A stretch of DNA of 64,000 nt from Balanoglossus misakiensis (taxonomy: Eukaryota; Animalia; Hemichordata): positions 13,359,864-13,423,863 of the forward strand of contig CM082583.2 of assembly GCA_040954595.2 (NCBI GenBank), given 5' to 3'. Under the pieces are notes generated by a model, which was not told the DNA's origin, did no database searches, and worked only from the letters and a program-made list of their open reading frames with translations. Every line of letters begins with the position of its first letter. Position 1 is the first letter of the stretch. Positions 42,021 through 53,439 of this stretch are shown here, piece by piece. The translations under genes and the position numbers were made by a program.

Positions 42021-43997
42021 AAATGCTTTTCATTTGCTGGATCTTCAACTATATGTACATTAAATCAAGGGTTTTTAATACCGGGTAGCGCGTTTCTAAA
42101 AAGTGTCAGACCAGCCATATGACAAATAACTAACTGAACACCAGGTCCATGGCTGTGACATGCCTAAACCAGACTGAGTATTCAAACTTTGCGCAAGGCT
42201 AATCTCAAAGTGTTCATCCCAGAGAATAGTTCAATAATGTATTTTTTCAAAACTATAATAAGAGGCGATCGATGGAGGTCCATAAATCTTGCAGCTGAAT
42301 GTCTATGGTTTTATCTACAGCATCAAATTAAAATGTAGGGATGTGTTCATCATTTGCCATTGATCTGTTTTCATGCTAAGCCCACACAGCTTGGGACTAG
42401 TAGTCATTCAACAACACAATTCCTACGTCTGATTTTACTGTGTCAGTATGATAATTCTATGGCCATATGCATCTTTGTGCCTTACATTCAGACTTAGCAA
42501 ATTCTGTCTTTATTACCCCAGCTGTAAGTGTTCAGAGCATTTTGATGTCAATTTTATAATTTCTAGATTGACATTTTTTTTATTTGAATATATGCTTTTA
42601 CCAGATGTAGATGTAATGTACCGTACTATTACCATAGTGTACAGTTTATGTTCAACTTTACCATGTCTACAACTTGCACAAGAAGTGAAACTTGGCGATT
42701 GATGTCAGTCAAATGAATGTTGGAATAGACTGTTTGAGATGTATTTTCTCAGTGTTGATCTCCAGATATGGGTACTAGTATTAACTGACATTGAGGTTTT
42801 TCCATGTTAGAGAAACAATTTCTTTCCCTTCCCAATATCTTGTGAAAATTGCAGCACTGAGTGTGCAGAGCTGAATTTATGAGACTGATGAGGTTGATGT
42901 AGTCCGACATTTGGCTGAAATAATGTGTGTGGTGAGTATCTAAGAATCCAATATAGTCTAGCTTTGCACATTGACTGTAATCTTAATACAGTTGGATTAA
43001 TTTTTGCATTACCATTCCAACAATATGTTTATAATGTATGGGAGTATAACATTTGCAACATTATACAGCTTCAGATCATGAGAATTAGCTTGGTCAAACT
43101 TCAAGTCTTAGAGTGAGTTGAAGTTTCTGCTATGTATAATCCAGCTAGCATAAACGATCAGTTGATGATCATTACAAAATGAAGTGTATGGGATAATTTA
43201 CTGATCAATATTTGCTATTGATATTGATACTTAATGTGTTCAGCTCAAAAGTTTGAAAGCGATACACGTTTTGCAGCATATAGAATAGCAAGAGGTTGTA
43301 TGTCATTATGGAAGAGACAATATAATCAAGAGCCGCATAATATAAAACTAATTGGAGTTTATCATAATAGAGCAAAGCTCATTTATTGTATACATTGATG
43401 GTCTATTTTTGGTGTATTATATTGTCATTTAAATATCACTTGTATCCACCTGGTGGATGACTGTTTTTTCATATAACAATCTATAAGCTTACATGTATAT
43501 TTTTATCTACTTTGCTATGTATTGTTATAGATGTACGTGGATAGCATGTGTTTAATTCTTTGATTGCAATAAATCGATTCATTATACTTGTGTTAGTTTG
43601 TTTGTTTAAAAATGTTGGGTGTGTAGGTTCGGAAGAAAAACGTTTTACTTTTTTTTCAATAATGATCGTGAGAGGGCGCATCCATACGCAAATCCGAAAG
43701 AGAATATGAAACTGAAATCAAGTCAAAGTGCCAGCTGTGTGAAGTTTGTTGAATTCGTTTTCTAGTGGTTTCTGTTGTTCGATTTTTTAGCTCTGCTGTC
43801 ACTTGTTTTATTAATATACTCAGAGGCGCCTGTGAATCTACCCAGTAAGGTTTGTTTACGCGAAGAAGGCAAAATAGACACTGTTAGTTGCGCGGTTAAG
43901 TTTGTGAAACTTCCGCCTTTCCCGGTTTGGTTCCTAGCAGCATCGCATTAGCAGTGATTCATTTATCGCGCAACATGTGTTGCGAGCATACTTTGCA

Positions 43998-45422
43998 ATG
44001 GTTGATGTTGGAAGCCAGATTCTAGCCAGAATTGAAGCGTCTAGACAGAGTGAATTTCCAGGTGAGACGTACACGACCGTTGGTTACTCATGGTGGTCAC
44101 GCCCACTTACTAACAGTGCGCCTACCAACCACAAGCACGCACTGGAATCAATGTAGTGAAAAGCAGAGTGATACAAACGTTATCAAATTTTACTTGTTTT
44201 CTTATTTTAGACATCATGGAATTAGAGTTGGAATTCAAGACAAAGAAAGGTAGGATCTGATTTGAAATTAAACCAGAAATGTATTCATATCTGGAAACAC
44301 ATGATGGGAAATAAATACCTGTATTGTACCGAGTATAAAAAGTACACTTTCAAGGAGGATTTTATGGAAATTTGAATAAACATCAAAACTGCTAAGACTA
44401 GTTAGAAATGTATTGGGACATCAAATTGACAAAAAGATCATAAATGCAAAAATAATGTAAAGTGTTTAAATGATTTGTTTCATAATTTACCTTAATCTGC
44501 AGTGACTGAAACTTTCTCAGAAACTGTACATATCATTGGAAATGACCCTTCGATGGCATTGTACCGACTTCAAGAGCATGTAAGAAAGAATCTGCCAGCA
44601 ATGTCAGAGAAAAGGGTATGTAATGAATCATCTAGTGATCAAAATATGAAATCTTTGTCATTTTGTTGACAGTTCTCTAGTCTGGGATGTTGTTGGTGGC
44701 AGCATTAAGTACATTAACTCTTTACCAAAAAAACCTTTTGATTAAAAATCATGCAGTGGTGACTGAAATTCTGTTTCTTGGAGCAGGTAGAAGTAGACAA
44801 TGTACAGCAGCAAACCGAGGGTGTGTGTTTTGATGCAGAATATGCCTCTAGGTATGTTGTTTTAAATGTCATTTTGGATAAAATGAATCCAATACATCGT
44901 ACACCCTTTTCTTAAGTCTAGCGCCTATGAATTTGAACTCATAGCGAGGCCAATGGGGAAAGTTGACCAATCATGTCAATGGATTTTTCAATGTTGTGTT
45001 GTAATTAATACCACAGTAAGTGACAAACAATTACCAATTGAAAGATAATGCATGTACCTGCCGAAACATGAATCTTTGCTCTTCTGTCTCCATTCAACAG
45101 TGCTTTGGAACAAGTGCATAAAAGTAGACAGTATTTCAATTCTATAGATGAAAATCTGAGCAAGGCCATACACTTGAAACAGGAACTGAACAAGGTTGCA
45201 AATGCAAGGTAAATGATATCATTGTGGATTATACTGAAGTTTTTCTGTTTGAAAGTCTCTTTAAATTTGATGTTTGTGCATTAATGGTAGAAATTCAATA
45301 TTTTATGTGTTATGCATGAGGTGTAATGATAGAAGATAAAAATTCCTTTCATCAAACTATAATCTCTTTATAGGTCTATGGATTCAGTAAACCAGGGAGA
45401 TATTGCATCAGTTCTGCAGTGA
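43998..45422 (+). CDS. BORCS8: BLOC-1-related complex (BORC) subunit 8 / MEF2BNB
   Basis: Spliced MELELEFKTKK|VTETFSETVHIIGNDPSMALYRLQEHVRKNLP..|..FDAEYAS|SALEQV; matches the BORCS8 motif NEPSVALYRLQEHVR. Start is either 43998 (in frame through an intron) or 44216; the last exon (45374-45422) is less certain. Confidence 0.9.
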
Positions 45423-45916
45423 ATCAAGTACAGATCAGCAAGGTTCAACAGATACAGATCTCATTTGTTCAGTTCTCTCTTACATACCATTAAAACTGTC
45501 TGCAACTGATGTCAGTTATTTTAATAGATAAACTTTTATTGAGTATATTCATAGACATTTTCGTCTTGTTTCCATCTTTTGAATAAATCAGGTGTTTTGG
45601 TGACAACATGCTGCAAGCAAAGTGTTTTCATTGGAAAGACTTTCGAAGTAACTTAATTGCTTTTATGCCCTACTAAAAGCAAGTAAAATACCATAGACAT
45701 TGTCGACGTTCATTTGGCAAATCCTGTCGGATAAAAACACGAGTACGAATCCGTTGCTGTCCCGGCCAAAGCAATACCTGAAAGGGTCACAAGAAGGTCA
45801 CCGGAAAGTCGTGGTGCAGTGTCACGATGATGCCGTTAATCGTTGGCGGTGAAGTTCATCATCCATAGTCCCAGAGGTGATCAACACAAATTGGCTGTTC
45901 CTAACATACTTCCAAC

Positions 45917-46960
45917 ATGCAAGTCGAAATCACGAAGGTGTTCACTCTATTTGGGATATTAATATTGAACGTATTTTTTGGTTTATTGCCTCTGAAAGTC
46001 GTCAACCTTGGTGGCCAGACGGAAGCAAGGCAGCGATGTGTCAAAAGGGTAATCAGTTTTCTCAGCTGTTTTGCGGGCGGCGTTTTCTTGTCAACGTGTC
46101 TGTTAGATCTGCTGCCAACGGTGAGAGACAATTTGAGTCTTGTATTCGACCAACTACAAATTTATACGGCGTTTCCGATCACCGAGTTCGTGATGGCCAT
46201 GGGAATGTTCATCATTGTTATCGTTGAGCAGACGGTTCTCACCTGTAAGGAACGTGGTGTTGAAGACGTCAACAGTCGCGACGACGAAGAAGCCGTGAAT
46301 AAACCTTTGCTAGAAGGCCATTTGAAACATACAGACCATGGATCTATTAACAGAGAAGACACGGTCAATGAAGACGATCACTACATTGAAAGCCCCAGTG
46401 TCAGGACACACGGACACAATCATGGTCATGATGACAGCCATGGTCATATTGATTCTCTTGCGCATTCAACGTTCAGATCCTATGTCCTTCTAATGGCACT
46501 ATCGCTTCACTCAGTCTTTGAGGGGTTGGCCGTGGGACTACAAGCGACCAACGAGCAAGTCATAGAAATATTTACGGCTCTAATTCTACACAAATGTCTC
46601 CTTTCATTTAGCTTGGGAATGAACTTGGTCCAGAGTAAACTTAGTTCGTGTGCAGTGTTTCTTGGCGTGATGTGTTTTGCTATTATGGCACCAATAGGTA
46701 TAGCAGTAGGAATTGGAATAGTGGAATCTGCATCAGACTTCACCAGTAGTCTCATCAATGGCATTCTCCAAGGCATTGCCACGGGTACATTCTTGTATGT
46801 GACTTTCTTTGAAGTTCTACCTCACGAAATGAATTCTTCAGGGGATCGACTTTTAAAAGTACTCTTTATCATACTAGGTTTTTCAACTATTTGTGGTTTG
46901 TTGTTTCTTCACAGTAATATTATCAGACCAACTTGTTACAGATCTGCTGAACCAGTGTAG
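45917..46960 (+). CDS. ZIP zinc transporter, subfamily II (SLC39A1/2/3-like), intronless CDS
   Basis: 347 aa; CFAGGVFLSTCLLDLLP, His-rich loop HGHNHGHDDSHGH, TM4 ALSLHSVFEGLAVGLQ, TM5 LILHK, GTFLYVTFFEVL. Confidence 0.96.
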   Translation: MQVEITKVFTLFGILILNVFFGLLPLKVVNLGGQTEARQRCVKRVISFLSCFAGGVFLSTCLLDLLPTVRDNLSLVFDQLQIYTAFPITEFVMAMGMFIIVIVEQTVLTCKERGVEDVNSRDDEEAVNKPLLEGHLKHTDHGSINREDTVNEDDHYIESPSVRTHGHNHGHDDSHGHIDSLAHSTFRSYVLLMALSLHSVFEGLAVGLQATNEQVIEIFTALILHKCLLSFSLGMNLVQSKLSSCAVFLGVMCFAIMAPIGIAVGIGIVESASDFTSSLINGILQGIATGTFLYVTFFEVLPHEMNSSGDRLLKVLFIILGFSTICGLLFLHSNIIRPTCYRSAEPV

Positions 46961-46980
46961 ATATGACCCACCCAATAGAT

Positions 46981-47086
46981 GTTCTCATGTTGATAAAAAA
47001 TAAAGAGGTTGAATGTGTCCAGGCCAGTGGTCAGTTCTCATGTTGATAAAAAATAAAGAGGTTGAATGTGTCCGGGCCAGTTGACC
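46981..47086 (+). repeat. 53-bp tandem duplication in the ZIP 3' UTR, each unit containing AATAAA
   Basis: gttctcatgttgataaaaaataaagaggttgaatgtgtcc(a/g)ggccagt starts at 46981 and 47034. Confidence 0.9.
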
Positions 47087-48795
47087 ACGTTGCAGATTTC
47101 ACGTCACCCCACGTGAATTTTCAGAATTTTCAGAGGGCATTCAGGGGATATTATTTGCACACATTGTGCGGGTGGGGGTAGGGATCTGACATGAACAGTA
47201 CTGTTGTAACAGGTCAAGTAGACAAGTTGCCTTTTAAACTTTAACCTTATTAGGCTGATAAAAATATATAATGGCTTGACATTCCTGAAGTGACATGGTG
47301 TTGATTTTATTGTGATGAACATGTGGAAACCTGACAACATTATGCACTGCATGTCTTGAAATATACTCATAGCAAGTTTCTTTTTTTAAATCAATGTTCC
47401 TGCTATTATAGCAATAAATTTTCATGTTTTGGAAAATGAGCAAATTTGAGATGGTTTTGAAGTTTCTCTGCCATTAGCCATACATTCATGTTACCTTGTA
47501 ACTCGGTATTATGTTCTTGATAAGAAATTTTAATGAGTAGTGTGGTGTTATATGAATGTAGAGATATTCTTTCAACATGGACTGATTTCACTCTAGAGTT
47601 CTCACAACCTTATTAGGAGTACTAACTGAGAATTCTTGTGTCGTTATAAATGTTTATTTCTCGTATATATCTTTTGAAATATATTAATTTAAATAAACTT
47701 CAACATAGCAGAGTATAAGTGTCATGTCGATTCCTGACTTACATTTTGAGAAGTACAAACCTTGTTTGCGCGATATAATGTAATGAGAGGTGTAACCTCA
47801 TAAAATGGTCAAATGGGACTATAAATTTGTATCATTCTCTTCTGGATGTTAGTATGATGCAACAATACAATGAATATCCCATTATCTTCAAGGTTTCCTT
47901 AGTGTTGTATGCAAAGCAATTATCAACACAATCATGTGAAAATCACATGATGAATTCAAAATCATGTGATGTATGCAAATAAGTTTTACCCATTGTTTAC
48001 CTAACATTGTTTTGTGGAGAGTTTCAGAGAGATATGTGTACATGTAAGAAAAAAAAGAGTTGATAAATAAACTACACTATTTTCTTGACTATTACCGATA
48101 GAGCATTTCAGTCTTGAAAATGTTTCAACTATTTGACTGAGCTACATTTAAAGCCACTGTACAATCAATGTCATGTTGAAGGGAGTCATGTGTGATATTA
48201 TAACTCGTTGCCAATAAATAATTGACATGTGTCATTATTTGTATTATAATATTCAATTTTAATATCATAATTTGCATCAATATTTATCCTCACTTGAAGT
48301 TAACAATACATGATTTGAAATTCAAACGTGATAGGAAAAAAAGAAAAGCAATTAAATGTTGCTATTAGTAGAGAATTGGTGACTATTGTCTGTTAAAAAT
48401 GTAATTGACTGGGATGGATAAAAAATACATATTGCCTTCAAAAATCTACTTGTAGATATCAGTTATTAAGACACACATACAAAAGGAAGAGTACAATAAC
48501 TTATCATAATCATAATTCTCATGATAACACAGAATGGCACTATGATGACTGTAAACAAGCTTTTTAATTTGTATAAATATGCTACAATCCCTCTGTTCCA
48601 GCTACAAGTTCAGATAATCTACATTGCACAAAAACCTCAGAAGAGTTTGTTCTGAACCAGTCCATCACTTCTCTTCAGCTCATATTTTCAACTGTTTAAC
48701 AACTGTGCGCATGCAGCTCTGTTGAAGCTCCATTGAAGTTTCCGACTTATTTCTTCTGTTGTGTTTGTCTATCTGTTCACTTGGAATTCCTACTG

Positions 48796-49452
48796 CTAAT
48801 TTTCCTTTTTGTTTCCTACAGTTTCTTCTTCTTTGTGAATTACACCATTAGCTTCTCCATTCTGTACAAGTTTTTCCTGGAAAGAACAAAACCACTTGAT
48901 CTAGTCATCATAATCAAAGTGCCCAAATTCAATGTTTTCCATCATACAACTATACGGCAACAGATTTCATTCTCGATATGTAAAATTTCACCTTTGCAAC
49001 GGTCTTGAAACACAATCGTTTATATTACTGACGCATTGTTTGTGAAAGTTCACTGAAAACGCAGAATGTACACAGATGATCGCTGGGGGCGCTCGTCCGT
49101 CGTGCTTACGTACACAGTGAACCGTACGCTTTCGTTATTTTGTAATCTGTTCCTCAATCCTTAATCTAGTTCAAGATTGGCACCCGCATTGCATTAGTAC
49201 AGGATATCCTAGTACAACAGTCATATCATAGATGACTCGATATAAATAGTTTATATTGTAAGATTAATGCGAATACCGTACGGTATGTACCTTTTCTGGC
49301 GTTGTTGTTCCTGGATCATTCGTCGCCTCTGCCTCCGTTTTTACGGCTTTTTGGGGTCCCCGCCACATGTCATAATAACGCTGAAAATACTTGTGCCATA
49401 TCCAGATGAAAAAAGGTACAATTGCGTATAGAATGCAGGGTACACACACCAT
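48796..49452 (-). CDS. C18orf32: UPF0729 / C18orf32-like small membrane protein, 2 exons
   Basis: MVCVPCILYAIVPFFIWIWHKYFQRY matches the family start [20 protein letters not shown]; exon 2 EKLVQNG...NKKEN*. Confidence 0.85.
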
Positions 49453-49459
49453 GATTGCT

Positions 49460-49840
49460 TAGGTAGGGGTTTTCTGGTCTTCGGCAGGTCGACAACAACC
49501 ACTCAACAACTACGCAATGTGATAGTCCGGGTCGAAGGTCATTAGATACCCAACCTACCAATTTTGCATAATACGGCGTGATAATTTTTTGTTACCGAGG
49601 AGGGGCAATTAAACGTTAAAGAAAATGATTAAATTGATATCGTAGTATTATACGTAATCTCATTGAAAACATCATTTCGCAGGAATTTGTCGTTGAAATA
49701 ATGCATGACTTAAATGGGATACAAGATTACTTTTCTTGTAGCTAGAGGGCTTCGACTGTGTCCCGGAATGGCCACTGATGAAGTCACACAACGTGGTGTT
49801 AAATTTTGTTGTTGAAAGCGAGCTGAGCCAAGGGTAGGTA
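49460..49840. promoter_or_regulatory. Compact bidirectional promoter C18orf32 / MRPS16
   Basis: Head-to-head genes; + strand non-coding exon donor at ~49834-49838 (gggtaggtaag) and acceptor at ~50215. Confidence 0.5.
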
Positions 49841-50246
49841 AGATCACTGTTTCAGACTGTTGTGATCATGAGACAACTGAGAGTTAAATTGTAATGATCG
49901 CAACAACGTTTTACTTGGAGCCACAGCTATTCTCTCTGCCCATCTGAAATCTTTGCATCACACTCGCAGTCCCTCTATTAGTTACATACAATTTGTGTAT
50001 AGAGGGACTGCATCTCCAATTTCCAAAGTGAAACTGAAAGCTGCTGATAAGAGAGAGTTGAATACATAATGATAATAAATTAGATGCCAAGCATCTTGCA
50101 TTGTCAAGCAAAGTAACATCACACTGTGTGTGTATGTTTGTCTTGAAGGGGAAATGTAGTTTTAAATCTGTTTTACTTTTAATGTTTTATCCTCTTTGCT
50201 TTATGAATGAAACAGGGAGATTGATTTTTACCAAGGACGATAAACC

Positions 50247-50836
50247 ATGTCTCTGAGGATACGACTAGCTCTGCATGGTTGCACCAACCGACCATTCTTC
50301 CACATAGTGGTTATGCCATACGTTTATCCACGCAACTATCAACCCAAGGAACAGATTGGTTCCTATGACCCCATGCCTAACAACCACAATGAACAACTGG
50401 TTGCCGTTAACTTTGAAAGACTGAAATACTGGATGGCTCAAGGAGCAGTTTTAACAAAGCCAGTGGCTAAATTATTAGGTAAGTTCGTACTAGGTCTAAG
50501 TCCAAATGTATCATCAACTCCTTTTTTTTCTTTTGGATATAAACAAAACATTACATAGCAACTTCTATCTGAATGAAACTAGCTTATATTTGTTAAATTA
50601 TTCATGTTTCAAGACATTTTTATGACGTGACTGACTGTGTAGATATTCCATGTTGAGCACAGTTTGCTGTTTTGTAACAAAAAAGTCTTTTGATCTCCGT
50701 AGGTCTGTCCGGTTTCTTACCAGTTCATCCCATGAGTTATGTAGATGCCAGAAGAACCAGGATAGAAAAGGAAAAACAAGCTGCAGTAGCTGCAGAGACT
50801 GAATCGACACAAACTCAAAATACTGATGATACATAA
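50247..50836 (+). CDS. MRPS16: Mitochondrial ribosomal protein bS16m, 2 coding exons
   Basis: IRLALHGCTNRPFFHIVV..EQIGSYDPMPNNHNEQLVAVNFERLKYW..|GLSGFLPVHPM; exons 50247-50478 and 50703-50836. Confidence 0.95.
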
Positions 50837-51211
50837 AAATACCAAGCTAATTAAAACTGAACTCAAGTGTTGAGAGTTTTGTGTTGGATTTGCTATGGAC
50901 TGTATTTCCATGATAGCAGATTTCAGATTGTCACCATGAAGGGCTTCTACCAGGATTTATTAGCTTTTGAAATCTTTGAGACATGAGTGAAAAATGGATG
51001 CAAGACAGAGTTGGTTCTGGTGGTACAAACTGTTGTTGAATTTTGATACATGTACTAATACTGTGAATATAAAGTCAAATGAATCTTGTATTATCATGAT
51101 TTAAAAACTCCCAAGTCATGCGAAAAAAATCCGTATCGAATTTACCAAAACAAAAACAAAAGAAGTGTTGTGTAGGGGCTCTGGGGGCACTGTCAGTTGT
51201 TGCAAGACAAG

Positions 51212-53245
51212 ATGGCGGCCCCCATTGACAACATACGCGACCTGGAGAAACAAGTAGGAATTGCGAGAAAAGAACTTAAAAACATGAGGTATGCAATGAT
51301 TTTTATGCTCGTATAAAGTTAACTTGAGGAGATTATTCAGTGGTATTCTAAGGCACAGTTACTAAGCCACCACTGACCAGACTATAGTGAAAACTTCGAC
51401 GTACAGGCTACGCTACGGTAAACGTTCATGCACCCGGGGTATAGCTCTGCGTACATACACGTTCCCGGCGTTACACGGCCTGTAACGCCTGGAACACACA
51501 GACCCGTACGCAGAGGTACATGTACACATACATACATACACACATAAGTGCGGAAATAGTCTTTCTGGCAAAATTATATCTTTTGTTTAATTAAGTAGTG
51601 TTGTTTGTGTGGCTTCTTTCAGACAACAAATTGAAACAATGAAACATTTGTACAGAAAGGATGTCCGTAATATCCAAGAAGTCCTTTTCAAAGCAAGCAA
51701 CTGCCAGTGCGGTGATTTGACTGTCAACACGAACAGACAGAGTTCAAAGGGTGAAAGTTCACAAGGCCAGGATGGCACATTAAAAAGTCCAGCTAAAAGA
51801 TGCCATGATGATGATAATGAATTTACTGGGTCCCCAATTGGCTACTTAGAATCATGCTTTAGGGAAAAGAATGGAACGCCACGTCAGCCAACAGTGTGTA
51901 CTGCATCCAAAGCTAAACTCCAAATCTGCCAGACTGTATTCAACAATCCCTCACATGCATTGCAGGGTCTGGAAAAGTACTCTCATGTTTGGTAAGTGCA
52001 ATACATGTATACATGATGATATTCCCTCTCAAGGAACACAACTTCAATGTGCCAGTCTGTATAATTCAGTTTCACTTTCTTGTATTATCATGTAGACTTC
52101 ACTCTTGTGAATTGTATAGTTTGGTTTGGTTTCACAGGATAATCTTTGTATTTCACAAGAATGGGTCCTCCAACTACAGCAAAGCAAAGGTCAAACCACC
52201 CAGACTAGATGGATTTAAAGTTGGATTATTTTCAACACGGAGTCCACATCGACCCAATCCAATTGGACTTACATTAGCCCAGCTTGATCGAATACAAGGT
52301 GAGAAAAATAAATAAAAATAATTAGGCTTCAGTTAGACTAAGTGTGAACAATACATGTAATAATATTTCTTTTCTTTTTTTGTAGACGATACTTTATATC
52401 TGTCTGGAGTGGATATGATAGATGGAACACCAGTACTGGATCTCAAACCCTATATACCAATGTATGACAATCCACTTAATAGAAAAACCACAGAGACTCT
52501 GCTGACATGCAAGAGTTCAATGAAGGCAAAACCTGATCAGAGTTGGGACACTTCTAGGGCCGAAAGTAATGAACTGTGCCGTGATGACTCCAGCAATTGT
52601 GAAGGAACTGAGAAATCAAGAGAGAATGAACAGAGAGAGGATGTTTGTATGGATATTCCAGATGGTGATTCCACAACTCGAGTTGCTCCTTGGATTTGTC
52701 AGCCAGTCAGGAATTCCTTGAATGTCAGGTTTACATCTCATGCTGAGCAAGAGTTACAGAAATTCAGAACTAAATCCAAAGGTAACTTTTATCACTCCAT
52801 CTCAGTTGTGGAGGAATACAAATGACTGATAAAATAAATTTCATTTTGCTAAGCTTGTGAGTGTAGACCATCTTTGGCAGTTTACTGTATTTCATTGTTT
52901 TTTCCATCTTCATCTGATGTCATATTGTGTAATCTGAACTGATTAATGTGTGTTTTGTGTAAAATGTTAACTTATCACCGAAGCTTTTTTGACTCCTATC
53001 CAGTTGCTGTTGTAGAAGATCCAGAGTTCACGCTAGAGTTGCTAAGCAACCCAGATGAATTAAAGGCGTCCATTACTGACATCTTGCAAGCTGACCCAAG
53101 ATCCACATACAGAAGCAAACATTGCCAAGACAGTCTCTACTACTTCAGTGTGGATTCTGTACATGTTACATGTTGGTTTGGAGAAGATTTTGCAGAAGTG
53201 ATACGAATACAGCCAACGGGGAAAGCCAAAACGAATGAAAAATAG
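51212..53245 (+). CDS. TRMO: tRNA (adenine(37)-N6)-methyltransferase (TsaA/TrmO family), 5 exons
   Basis: PIGYLESCFREKNGTPRQP, LQGLEKYSHVW, KAKVKPPRLDG..GLFSTRSPHRPNPIGLTL, GVDMIDGTPVLDLKPYIP, ILQADPRSTYR. Confidence 0.95.
51445..51515. repeat. GC-rich hairpin element in TRMO intron 1
   Basis: ctctgcgtac...gtacgcagag enclosing gttcccggcgttaca-cggcc-tgtaacgcctggaac. Confidence 0.7.
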
Positions 53246-53439
53246 TGCTGCTGAGCATTAATAAAAGGAAAATAAATTCATCAATAAAATAACTGCATAT
53301 GACTACTACAGTTGTTTTTATTCCAATCAAAAGGAAGGCTGCATGTACATTCTTTATAATCACCAATTACCAAAATGTTAATTACTGGTCAATTTGTTTT
53401 GTCCAAGAATCATCAAGTCAAATAGGTGCCTGACTAGAC

